NCBI GenBank assembly: GCA_023515725.1
Contig: JALDTO010000266.1
Coordinates: 1,509,608 to 1,573,607 of the forward strand
Reading direction: 5' to 3'
Source: Amoeboaphelidium protococcarum X5
Lineage: Eukaryota > Fungi > Aphelidiomycota
Length of the DNA: 64,000 nt
Positions within the stretch are counted from its first letter, which is position 1. Every line of letters starts with the position of its first letter. The position numbers and the translations under genes are program-made. The notes beneath the pieces are model-generated. The model did no database searches. It was not told where the DNA came from and saw only the letters and a list, made by a program, of their open reading frames with translations. This document shows, in pieces, positions 23,124-37,001 of this stretch.

Positions 23124-24038
23124 ATCTGAATCTCTTTACGATGATTATGAAGATGATGGACGACTCATGATAAAAAGAGAAGAGAGAGGAGGAAGGAGAA
23201 GCTATCAAATGCTGAGAGAGAGATATCGCCGCCGTCGTCGTCGTTGGTTGAAGCGATAAGAGTTGACTGCTCAATGGAATTAATGAACAGCGGCCGCAAC
23301 CTTAACTGGCTCAAAGTCATCAAGCGACCGAGGCGAGAAAAGATTGGCGTTGCAGTTTGATTCGACTGTTACAACAACAGAACCCACACTGCAAGGTTAC
23401 GCGTATAAATAAACTGTTTTATGGATGTGCATCAAGTGTGAGGTGTATTTAGCTATTAGGCAGTCAGAAGAGTTTAAAAATAAAAGTTGGAGCCTCCATC
23501 AATCCACAATGGAGAGTTTGCCTTTTACAATAAAACATCTATGTCATGATACATGTAATTTCTCTATAGAACAATGTCTTTAGAATCTTGTTACTTGAGA
23601 ATATTGTTCAATGTAAATCTTATCTTTTACTTAGGCGATTAAATGTTTTAGGTAAAACGATGAGCTGGTTGATTACGTGAATCACGTTACATTTAGTGGG
23701 CGCTGAACCCTGATGTTTATAGTCATGAAAATCTACTTAGCGAATTACCTTCTTGCCATTGAGTTTACAGCACTAATATTTAGTACTAATCTACAGTAGC
23801 CTCGATCAAACGCTGCAGTACGGTACCCAAAGCGGAAAACAAATCATCGTTCAGATAAACCGAAACAGCGTAAACACGGACGCGCGAGAATATTCAAACG
23901 AGAGAGGCCGAGAGAGCGTGAGAACTAATTTTGTGCTGCGCGGCAACGCTGGAATCACCTTTGACCAGTCTCTATCCAATCATCCGATCACCCACCCTCC
24001 TGTCAACATTCTGATTAAACATATTTATTTATTTAGAA

Positions 24039-25652
24039 ATGTCTTAAACTATTGCTGCGTTGATCTAATCGAGAGCTTTTTGGCTAGGACTTTTAGCAGG
24101 TTCATTCGCTGCTGTTATCCCGTTATCGCTGCTCCGAAAACGTTCATCTGGTGGTAGAAGCTGGTTCTCTCTGTTCGATCATTTCTGGCCATAGTTCGAC
24201 TTGACCTCCAATAGACGACACTCTCTGCCATCTAGTAGAAGCGCGTAGTTGAATGGTGCAGATTTGGCTGTTAGAGAAATCGGTAACACTTTTAGAATAT
24301 CAACCATTCAATTGCATGAGATTATCAAGCACTTTGTCGCCGAGTTAAAGTGCGGATTGAGTAAGCACGGCCAGACGCTGAAAGCTCTTCCATCTTTTGT
24401 CACTAAACTGCCTGCCGGTATGGAGACTGGCACTTATCTGGCCTTGGATCTCGGTGGCACCAACTTGCGCGTGTGTGAAGTTGCTCTTGAAGGCTCCGGG
24501 AAGTTCAGATTGAGGCAGAAGAAGTATGTGTTGAGTGATGAGTACAAAGTATCTGATAGTGATGCTCTGTTTGGCTACATTGCTGATTGTACCAAAGAAT
24601 TTCTGGATGAGAACATGATCAAGCCTAATGCTGATGGTCAGCCACTACTGCTTGGCTTCACCTTCTCATTCCCTGTGGATTAGACATCTTTGGATTCTGG
24701 TATCCTGATGAACTGGAATAAGGGATTTGAAGTCAAGGGAACGCTGGGTAATGATGTTGTGGCTATGATGCGTGATGCTTTTGCCAAGAGAAATCTTAAT
24801 ATCAAGATTGTCGCGATTGTGAATGATACTGTTGGTACGCTGGTGGCACATTGCTATTAGGACGGCGAGACCATGGTGGGTGTCATCTTGGGCACGGGAA
24901 CTAATGCTGCATACGTTGAGAGTATGGATAACATCAAGAAGTGGGAGTCGCATTACATGAAGAAGGATACTCCGCCTAATGTTCGCTTCTTTGATGATAA
25001 TGAGCCTAAGCGAATGGTTATTAATATCGAGTGGGGCAACTTTGATAATGAGGGCGTTGTGTTGCCTATAAGCAAGTATGATAGAATGTTGGATGCTGCG
25101 AGCGAGAATCCTGGTGCATAAACGCTGGAAAAGATGGTCAGTGGTCTTTACATGGGCGAGATTGTGCGCTACATCATCTTGGATTTGGCATCTAATGGAC
25201 ACCTGTTCAACTCTGGAGAGATTGAGGCCAGCAAGTTTATGCACTCATACTCTTTCACTACGTTGTTCATGTCGCGAATTGAGCGAGATCACAGCCAGGA
25301 CTTGAGCGATACAAAGTGGGTTCTTGAGGATCTGATGTGTCTTGGTCCCGATTCTACCAGTGTAGAAGATAGGCGTATTGTGAAGAGAGTTTGTGAGTGT
25401 GTTGGTATTCGTGCCGCACGACTCTCCGCTGCCTGTGTTGGTGGTGTAATTGCTCAGATGAACCGCTTGAGTGGATGCACTGTGGCCATTGACGGCTCAG
25501 TCTTTGAATTCTATCCGCACTTTAAGAACAGAATGTTGGATGCTTTGCGCGAAATATTCGGTATCGCTGCTGATAATATCAAACTTGAATTGGCCAGAGA
25601 TGGCAGTGGTGTCGGTGCAGCTCTTATCGCCTGTGTTATGGGCGGATAGTGA
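24039..25652 (+). CDS. Hexokinase with N-terminal hydrophobic anchor
   Basis: LALDLGGTNLRV, LGFTFSFPVDQ[TAG], WNKGF, NDTVGTL, GVILGTGTNAAY, INIEWGNFD, EKMVSGLYMGE, DGSGVGAAL. Ends TAG-TGA. Confidence 0.96.
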
Positions 25653-25805
25653 CCTGTTTTAATTGGTATTCCTATAATCATGGTAAATATATGGACTTTA
25701 TAATTTTTAATTCTTCAATCTTTATTAGCCTGGATTCTCTTTGATTGACTCTTTGATTTATGCAATATCACCTCCAATACGTATGGCTTAAGATACAAAT
25801 ATCCT

Positions 25806-27690
25806 TCAGTGATGGAATAGTCTAAAGGGGTTCTTCGCGTATACCATCCCGTACTCATCCGCTGCAGAAATAACTTACTTATCCTGAACGCTTCCAGTTG
25901 GCGCAATTATATACTTGACACCACTTCTATGAGCACGGTGTACATTATCCGGGAATGGGAAGAAGGCATCAGAGGCACACACGACGTCACGTCTCTTATT
26001 CAACCAATCCTATCTTTCAGCCTCAGTCAGCAATGCCGGTGATCCACTAGCTTCATCAAATTTGGTCGCCCACTCATTGTATTCTACTCCATCCTTGGGC
26101 ATAGTTTACACTTCACCGCTAACATACAAGTCGATGGCATTCGAAATGTCCGCCCTCTTGATTCCCTGCTTGAACTTCATAGCTAGCACTCTGGGGTGAT
26201 ACCTGAGCCAGTAAAAATCAGCCTTAGACCCAGCCAACCGCGTACAGTGAATTCTGCTTTACTAACCAGCACCTAATCCAACAATCATACCATTATGAGC
26301 AAACGCGACACTATTAGACTAAGTGTACTTTAAAGCAATTACGGCCACCAGCATATCTATAGCGGCCGCGTCGTTGATATCAGTGCACTTGGACAATACA
26401 TCAAAACTCTTGACAAGTTCAGAGGAGAATAAAGCACCATTTCTAGACTAAGACAGACGCAGTCCATAGACATCGCGACTATCGACCGCATTAGCCGGCT
26501 CATAACTACTGTCCATCTACAGAACACAATACTTGCCGCCCTTCTTCTTCTTCAATATCTCCAGTGCCTCCGCATCATAGCCAGCTGCAATGATACCATC
26601 ACTAACCTCTTTGCCGATCAATTTGGCAGTATCTAGATCACAGCGACCACTCAGGGCAATCCAATCGCCGAAGCTGCTCATTCTATCAGCACCACGTGCA
26701 CGAGCATAAGCACTAGCCATTAGACTCAACGCGCTAATATCACTAACCTGCATAACGATGCGCTCATCATCGGACAATGGAAGGCCTAATCCAACTCCGG
26801 CTGGACTAACATGCTTGAACGATGCCGCTGCGCAAATTCCAGTGGATTAGCCAAGTTCCTTAACCAACTACCAAGAATTTAACGCATCCAACAGATTGAT
26901 AAATCCCGGACTACCATTCAACACCTTGAAAGGCAATTGTTATCCAGCAATATACACTGAAGCATTCTGTTAGTGTGGATTAGCACCATAACGAAGTTTC
27001 ATCAATTGATTAGAATCAGCAAATCTGGTGGCCAGAAATTATGATATATGCTGATCATAACTCGCCGTTCTCTCGAAAGCTTTCAATGCCAACGTCTATC
27101 TCAAACTGGTAGAAACTTATCCTTCATTAGTCAACTCTTAGAGCACCTTATCATAATCTTTGACATCAGTGACAATAGTGACGCGATTGTGATTCTTGGC
27201 CCCCGCCCTCAGCAACGTCACACCTCCGATGTCAATCTCTTCAATAGCAGTCTACATTGATAGAGATTCACCAGTCTATGCCACCACTTTCTCAAATGGA
27301 TACAAGTTGCATACCACATAATCAATGTACTGGAAGCCGCGATCCTGCATGTCCTTGCAATCCTGCTCCATGTCTCTCCTAGCCAATATGCCACCATGTA
27401 CAGCCGGATGCAAAGTCTTGACTCTTCCGCCGAGCATCTCCGCTGCCTGAGTCAACTCTGAGACTTCCTTCACTGGAATACCGGCCTGCTATAAACATTT
27501 AAACGTACCACCTGACGCGTATAGTTCAACACCATGCTTAGACAATCCCTCAGCAAATGGAACCAGGTCAGTCTTATCAGACACTGACAATATAGCTACA
27601 ATACAATTGACGTGATATATAGCTATAATTTGATGTAAATATTATCAACTTACCCGCCGATTTCTGTTATTACTAATTTCCTTCAGTCAT
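25806..27690 (-). CDS. ATIC: Bifunctional AICAR transformylase/IMP cyclohydrolase (ADE16/ADE17/ATIC); intron 27596-27653
   Basis: [75 protein letters not shown]. 58-nt GT-AG intron. Confidence 0.96.
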
Positions 27691-27937
27691 AATCAATATT
27701 AACGTTGTTAATGGAATTGCCAAAAAAGAAGAGAGATCGTCGTAGAGAATGTCGATCAAGATTTCAAAGTTTCGATCAACTCTACGTTCTATATAAGGTT
27801 TTAGAGTAGGTAGCTGACTGATTTAAGATTCTTAATAAAAGTTTTTCAAGATACATTCATCTCAAGTATCAAGTTTATAATAACGCGAAGTCTTTGGCTG
27901 ACCGTGACGTGTTTGAGCAATTATAGCGCAAGTTACT

Positions 27938-27968
27938 TCACTCACTCACTCTCTCTCTCTCTCTCTCT
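27938..27968 (+). repeat. (TCAC)3-(CT)n microsatellite in a divergent promoter
   Basis: Read directly from the sequence. Confidence 0.8.
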
Positions 27969-28125
27969 CATTACTATCTGTACTTTACTACGATAATATT
28001 ACTTATTTAAAAATTTGCTTTAAAGTTTTTCTATTTTAACTTTATATATTCTATACTTTTATATTTCTGTATTGATATCTGCATAAAAAATTACAATCAA
28101 GTCAAAGAGACTAAACATTAGAGAT

Positions 28126-29727
28126 ATGGATGTCAGTAAAGGGACAATGATACTGAGCAAGAAGAGGAACGTTAACAATATCAAATCTGGTAATAGATAG
28201 AGCATATCAAGTCTTTCAAGTTTGGACATAAGAGCGACTGAATTAATGTAGTCCTAGTAGTCATCTGCAAACTAGTAGTAATAATAATCAAGTTCCGCTA
28301 AAGTGATAAGTAAATCCTATGAGCGTAATTCCCCATCTGTATAGAGTTTTAAGAGTGAAGGTTAACTGTCTGCATAGTTATCAGATGTAAGTCTAGATGA
28401 TAAGTATCAATCGCATATAGATAATACCTAAGATTAAGATTAGTAAAAGCAATAAGTGTATTCCACCACTGGTATATTATCCATCAAGACGCCTGCATAA
28501 ACTAATTAAGCGTTTATACAAGATTTCGATATGGAAGAGATTCCAGTCTCCACTCCTATGAATTCTCCACCACCACTACCACCACCATTACTATCTGATG
28601 TAAAGCATAAACAATCATCATCATCTTCTTTATAAACAGACATCCACCGCGGTAATGGTAGTAGACATAAGGTGTCGGAGCGAAAGTTTGTGGCTAGCCC
28701 GTCATTGCAAGATTTTGTGTCCAAAACAAGATAGCGGAATCTACCACCTAAAAGTAAGAGCGAAGATGATAAACACTTGAGGGAGTATAAGCGGTTGTAG
28801 AAGTTGTAATAGAGGCGTAAATTGAGCTCTCTGAGAAGTGAGAAGAAATTCTAGAAACGATTAGAACAGGCTACTAAATGGTGGCTGTTGACTGGTATTC
28901 CTAACTTTAAACAGCTACAAAACACTAGGAGGATGCATAAAGTCTGGGATCTTACATTGCCGAGTGATGTTCGCAAGTAGATATGGATCCTGCATTGCTG
29001 TGGTGGAGAATATAAGACTGCAATGCATATTCGGCAGATGAATGAAATTATTTAATTATCTGATTTCTTGGCGTAAGTGCGATAATAATGTCTACGCGTC
29101 AATAATAATATGGTAGTGGATGAGGAAATAGTACACGTTATTGCATCATTGACAAGGTAGTCAGATTCATTTAGTGTTCAACGTAATCACTTGCAACTGG
29201 TTAAACTTATTCAAATGGTAACTGCAGATCCAGTTGAAACTGTTCGTATATTAAGCTATCTATTGCGATAACCGCTCTTTCAAGCTGTCTATCACGGTAA
29301 AGATTAGCAATTATAAAATTCGAAACTTGCACACATTAAAGTATTTGGTTTATTAGTAGCTTAGTACGCGCCTGAGTTGTATACTCACTTGGTCTAATTT
29401 GGCGTTGGATTTGAATTCATTATTGACTTGTTCTAATCCGTATGCTCTCATGTGCTTCAAACTGAACTTTGTCTCCGAATTATGGACTTGTATTTACTTC
29501 ATGGTGATATACATCTGTTTAGAGTCTGTTTGGCATATCTAACTTTGATACAGCATGAATTGATTGCAACAAAGTCTTAGACAGAGATCAGATCGAAAGT
29601 AGTTGAGACGCGTCGACAGATTGATTTTCTCACCCTCCACTGCCTGGTGAATGAGTTCAAAGAGTGTAATATGACTCAAGAAAAGTATTTAAAATGGCTA
29701 GCCTTGGAAATGAGTAAACTACATTGA
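28126..29727 (+). CDS. TBC1D12/14-like Rab-GAP (TBC) domain protein, divergent
   Basis: Q/S-rich N-terminus, RNLPPKSKSEDDKHLREY, LPSDVRKQIW, PELYTHL, LCLRIMDLYLLHGDIHLFRVCLA. Confidence 0.75.
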
Positions 29728-29788
29728 GATATAGATAATATATTTGATGATGACTTTAAATATTCCTATTTAAATCAGTCCAGTCACT

Positions 29789-30379
29789 TCAATCATCATT
29801 AGAGCGTTTCCTTAGTAGAATGTGAACGTGCCAGACGTTTTTAATCGTTTTCTTATGAGGCGGATTCATGAACCATAACATATCATACACGCGACAATCA
29901 AAGGCTTCACTAATATATTCCACTATGAAATTGCGTGATAGATCTTGGTTAGACCAGAGACAGTAATGCAGAATTCCTGCTTCAAACTTGTACGGAAAAT
30001 CATTAAACTTGAGGATTACCTACAAGCGATCTTGTTACAGCAAAGATTAGGATTCGACGCGGCGATAAGCCACTAATCTAAAGGCCATTTATTGAGCAGA
30101 GTTGGAAGTAGCCACATCATCCTAAGGATTTACGTTGAAGAGATTCAATAGACCGTTAGTTGATCGACTTGTATCAACCGCCTCTTATTTCACATCCCAT
30201 CCTAGAACGACATGCTTTATATAATCATCGGTGGAAGCGTATCTATCCAGTGTCGACATTGTCCATCGTCGGTAATCTTCAAGCTGAGCTGGCGTTCGCT
30301 TAAATAGTTCAAATGCTTCACTTTAAATTATCTATTCACAATCGCTCCAAGAGAATACATGTCCCACATTGAATTACAT
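29789..30379 (-). CDS. DUF3605 family (Gig1/YPL067C-like, HIT-like) protein
   Basis: FSWSDC..II...FKRTP, NDFPYKFEAGILHYCLWS, WFMNPPHKKTIKNVWHVHIL. Absent from the ORF track because of TAR codons. Confidence 0.85.
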
Positions 30380-30587
30380 TTCACACTTGAATTAAAATAC
30401 TAAATTTTATAGAAAGTCTCGTATTTCGATTAACTTATGCTTCTGAAAGGTGAAATAGAGAGAAGCAACAAAATGAAATTAAGGTAATTACTTAATTGAT
30501 CACTCACTTTATTATTACGCGCGTACTTGTTTAAACTTAGTAAATGCAAACTCTCATCTCCTTGATACCACTCTCAGTTCTTCATAT

Positions 30588-32050
<1,463 letters not shown>

Positions 32051-32421
32051 CTTCCCTTTGGAATTAATACGTGTTGAATAGAAATTGAATCGTAAGGAAG
32101 AAAGTTTCCTTGAGAGGAAGATAAAGAGGAGCGACGCGCGCGCACCGGGAAGGAAAAGCTTTCTGGATCTCACACGTTAACACTGACAGACAAGCCTCGG
32201 CGAATTAAGACACCGAATTAAAACGAAACATAGAGCGAGGGAGAGAAAGTGAAACGTGCAGGCTTTATGCAATTCAATGAAACGTTTGCACCTTTAGAAC
32301 TACAGTTAATTGCTAATTATCAGAAATCATATTATCTTTCAAGGCCAGTCTAAGAGCCATTGATACTCGGCGACAAAATACTCAACCTCTAAATTAGACA
32401 AAGCGTAGTCTAAACATTTCA

Positions 32422-33550
32422 TTGTCCAATTCAGACTATCTTCACAGCCAAATAGTTTCTAACCATGACTCCAAAAGGCCCATAAAATTTTTACATTCTC
32501 GTTAGGATAAAAGGATATAATGTTAACGGCACCATAATTAAAGCAACCTATATCATTGTCCAGCATTTATCAGTTAAATTTAATTTATCCACCCAATTAT
32601 ATTGTAATTACTCTTTACAGTGCTTCACAGCGATTAACGCGTGTAGAGTCAGGCGGCAATCCGACAGCGATAGAGAGTCAGCGAGTGAAGTTGTTACGAC
32701 GCAATGAGGAAGCATAATAACGCGTAACATCACTATGCAGCAATGAATGAGAATACCATTGTATCAAATAAGAAACTAAATGTAAATATATTGACAAAGA
32801 ATCGTGAGTTATTACTATATTTATTCAGCCACTTTCATTTGCCATATTTAGTAAATTCAGTTTAATCAGTGAGCATATCAGTCAACTTCCTCAACAGATG
32901 GACCGGTAGTGTCTGGCTGAGGTGCACCTGGAGCACCGCCTGGAGCAGCACCTTGAGGCATTCCACCGGCTTGATACAGCTTGGTCATGATTGGGTTGGC
33001 AGTACCTTCCAGCTCCTTCTGCTTGCTCTCAAACTCCTCCTTGCTAGCCTCCAAGTTCTAATCCAACCAGCTGATTGTCTCAGTGATGGCCTTCTCCAGA
33101 GTCTCTTTGTCAGCCTCATCAATCTTGCCCTTCAGGTTGTCATCGTTCAAAGTGTTGCGCAGATTATAAGCATAAGACTCCAGTCCATTCTTGGCGTGGA
33201 TACGTGCAGTAGCCTCCTCATCCTGCTTCTTGTACTTCTCAGCCTCACTTACCATTCTCTCAATGTCCTCCTGACTCAGACGACCCTTGTCATTGGTGAT
33301 GGTGATCTTGTTGGAGCGCCCGGTCGTCTTATCCGAAGCGCTGACATTGAGGATTCCATTAGCATCAATATCAAAAGTCACCTCAATCTGAGGCACACCT
33401 CTTGGAGCAGGAGGAATTCCAGTCAGCTCGAATTTACCCAACTGGTGATTGTCCGCAGTACGTGCACGCTCACCCTCAAACACCTGAATCAACACGCCAG
33501 GTTGATTGTCGGCGTGGGTGGAGAAAATCTCGCTCTTCTTGGTTGGAATA
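32422..33550 (-). repeat. Inverted near-identical duplicate of 45764-46894 (HSP70 3' half plus ~460 bp downstream)
   Basis: The reverse complement matches from TATTCCAACCAAGAAG to ...TCTGAATTGGACAA with scattered substitutions. Confidence 0.95.
32878..33550 (-). pseudogene. 5'-truncated HSP70 copy (substrate-binding domain, lid and EEVD only)
   Basis: Starts at [11 protein letters not shown](H)ADNQ, ends GPSVEEVD*. No ATPase domain upstream. Confidence 0.88.
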
Positions 33551-34146
33551 TATCAACTATCTACGCGTAGTTTCATGCAATTGTGAGCCTTTTATCACTG
33601 TGTTATTGTTAGGATGTTCCTTTCAAGAGTCTGGAGTTGTGTTACATGCCTCACGTCTCAACATGGGGCATGGGGAGTTTTGTTGACTAATCTATGCGGG
33701 ATCTCAAGGTATATTTGCTTCTTACAAAATTTTCTCAAGGAATATTTTTAAGATATATTGCAGGCGACTTGATGACGAATATCTAAGTTTTTAGTTGGTG
33801 CTTAGATGTGTCAAGTTGGTATCGTAAATATGCCGTGGCCGTTGCGTAAAGGAGCAGCTGTTTGTCGGTCAAAGTTCAACTGGCATCAAAGTTTTATTGC
33901 CGGCGAATACAGTAGACAATTCTTTAAATCGAAAGTTAAAATCAATTTTACAAGCTGTTTAGTCTTGAATGCACTTCCGCTGTCTACTTATTCACAGATC
34001 GTGTCGTTCTGTAGGCAGAGTTAGTTTGTTGCCACTGCAAGTTTGTTTGTTCAACTCCACAAGTTCCCATCGGCCTTCCGCTCTCTTCTCTTCTTCTTAT
34101 CGATAATTTCCACATTGGCGACAATGCCCCTGGTCTGTGGTTATGT

Positions 34147-34262
34147 ACTAGCTCTGTGATAGAGTCACTCGCTCTGTGATAGAGTCACTAGCTCTGTGAT
34201 AGAGTTCCTGCATCGTGACAATTTCCTCGCTCTGGATCGAGTTACTCGCCCTGTGATAGAGT
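34147..34262 (+). repeat. 20-bp tandem repeat CACT(A/C)GCTCTGTGATAGAGT x3 plus two degenerate copies
   Basis: Read directly at 34147-34205, with degenerate units to ~34262. Confidence 0.85.
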
Positions 34263-37001
34263 GGCTGCCGTCAGGTAGTTCCCCTTCTTTTAACTAACGT
34301 TAAACCTTTTCAATAAGTGCGCTTTCATTGAACAGTGATTCTCGCTGCACGCTCACTTCCCCAATCAGTTTGTCACCGCACTGAAACGCCCGTTTCACTT
34401 AGTCTCGGCGCTCATGAAAAGATAGATTTATCTCGTTTCAACTCTACATCAATCGCAACATCATCTCTCGGATTTGTATTGCACATTTAAAGTTACAATG
34501 ATTACTGATATTAAAAGAATGTTTACCACTGTTGGAGGAATTGCCTGCATTGAAAAGTGTCCCTTCATTGAATTGAACTCTCTGGTGACGATTGTTGAAG
34601 GTTCTAAAGACGAAGTACGCGTGTCTTTGTCTGATCAAGTTCTAAAGGCCTCAAACATTGTTATGTCCCATTACTTTCTCTTTAGAGATCTGGTCTGTAG
34701 AAGCCGAGATGAATATGTATTCGAGCTGGCAGAAGGTGGATCAGTGGAGATGATCAAGGATGTCACCAATCCGAACGTGCCTGAATGCACGCTGCACTTG
34801 CGGGCGATCAAGTGGATCGTTTCGGCCACAGAGTTCCTGTTCGAAGGCGAAACATTTTGACTCGTGATCACGCTTATTGGCTAAATAACGCAACCTTTTT
34901 GAGAGATGCCCAACCAGGAGCAAAAGTGGTGGTTGGGGGATTCTAAGAATCCATGCCAGATCCGATGATGGGCACATGACCATCATCATTCATGATGGTA
35001 CTGCGTGCGCTGTCATCACAGAGCCAGGAGTCATTTCTGCACTTCAACACGAACGCTACAAAGTTGGTACATGTATAGTCCTGGTCGATGCGAAAACCTT
35101 CAAAGGCGTGGCAGCAGGGTGCACATAACAGTTGGAACAAGAATGAGCACGGGGTATATGAGAACTTTGCCAGGAGCTTTCTTGCTGAGTCGCACGCTGG
35201 AGGAATTTTAGTAGCTGAGTCGGCGCAGAGTTGATTGACTAGTAATTATATCATCATCACAAATCGGAATGTTCATTATCTAAAATTCATCCTACTTCCC
35301 CCCCCCCCGCACGTTTAACTTAAGCGATAGATCTAGCGAAAAGCATACATAGCACACGCGTGAAAGGCCATAGAGCTAAAGACTGAATAAGGTAATAGCC
35401 ATTAAAGAACTCGACCAGGATACTCTGGATTGACATCTTGTTTAACGCAATTAGCTGCTTAATACGGATGTTCTACCTTAACCAGAAAACAATGGACCAG
35501 CGTGATACGCGAGATTATTATCTGCCGCCAGAGCCGAGGTCATAGTTATAACACATAAAAATTACCAAAGTAATTGTTGAAAGCATCACGGAATCATTGT
35601 ACACTCTCTCGATAATTAGTTTCGTCCTAGAACAGTCACTCGAGATCCGATGCTCCTCATGCAGTTAATCTTCTCCCTGCAAAGCGACATCGGTAGTGAC
35701 AAGTGATAATAAGCACGTCGAAGAACAATAGTACACCAAAATTATTCATGCATCAATGCTAATATCCGGTATGTTCAGCACGCATTCCAACACATGGATG
35801 GTGTCAGTAAGCTGAAGAGCTATAACAATGGTTGCGCTCATGAACCAACGACTAGCAAGCAAACTTAAGATGTTGTGCCATTAAATACCAGCGCATACTA
35901 CAAACGCGAATTGTACCTTGTCATTGTCCATATTGGTACATCCTCCTTTACCATCTCGTAGTCAACGCTGTTTTATCCAGTAACAAGACTTCAAATGGCT
36001 CACCGCCAACAAGTTCGCCAGTATTAACTGTCACAAGCTTTTACAAACAAACCGCTGAGAATAAAAGCAGCAACCACAGTTTGACTCACAACAAATCACA
36101 TCCTCAATAACTGCATGAGCCCAACATCACAGTCCTAAGCAGTTGTCGCGTAAAAACGAATAAGAGAAACGAGATCATATTCAAAGAGAGTATATAGTTC
36201 CGACTGGCAAGGACTATGTGCCGCACAATACAATGCGCCAGTAGAGAAATTTGGAATGTACTAAATGGGCACCTTACTTATAGTAAACCGCGCTAATAAT
36301 AAGCTTCAATGAACCTTCTGAGGCAAAGGTTGATCATTGAAGCTTCACCAAAGCTTAACGATCCAAGCTAAAGTGGAACGAAAACAAACCACAAACATTG
36401 CTATAAAAAATTAAGCAACTCATATAGTACCAAAAGCATCATCAATACATAGTTTTGAATGAGGAGCCATTACAAACAACATGCAAATTCATCATGAAAT
36501 TTGGAAATTACCATACCGATTAGAGGACGCTAGTATACTGTTATCGGATAGACGCGTTAAAGAGAATTGTTCCATAGGCTGTCTGCACTATCCATAAACA
36601 CTAGAGATAGAGAGGGATGCCGTGAATTTAGACAGCTTGTATTTCTTTATCAATCTGAAGTAAATAGAGCGCAAAATCTCATTATTCCTTTAGGGCACAA
36701 CTGGAAGCACAAATTCTACCGCGTCGTTGAGATAGTACAGCCCCATAACAGACGTCATGCAATTCACAATATCGATTCTACCAGCATCATACTGCATACT
36801 TTCAAGCACAGGCCAGGTATTCATGATTATTCTATGGTGATTGACTTCGTACTTGTCCCTTCCTCTCCTAACGATACGCCTAATTTGTCCAAAATGTCTG
36901 CATAACGGCTAAAGACGAATTCTTCTCATCTTTCGCAATTACTTAATTGGTATACCTGCATCATTACTACTACTACCCCCTAAGGATTAAGGACGAGAGT
37001 A

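Noticed and set aside
34147-34262. CRISPR array or tet operator array
   Set aside because: Units are contiguous with no unique spacers, there are no cas genes, and the context is eukaryotic. Only TGATAGAG is shared with tetO.
33551-36480. Several 60-130 aa ORFs (e.g. 34474-34860)
   Set aside because: No recognisable motifs, and frames are broken by TGA or shifts even in code 6. Likely decayed sequence, not called.
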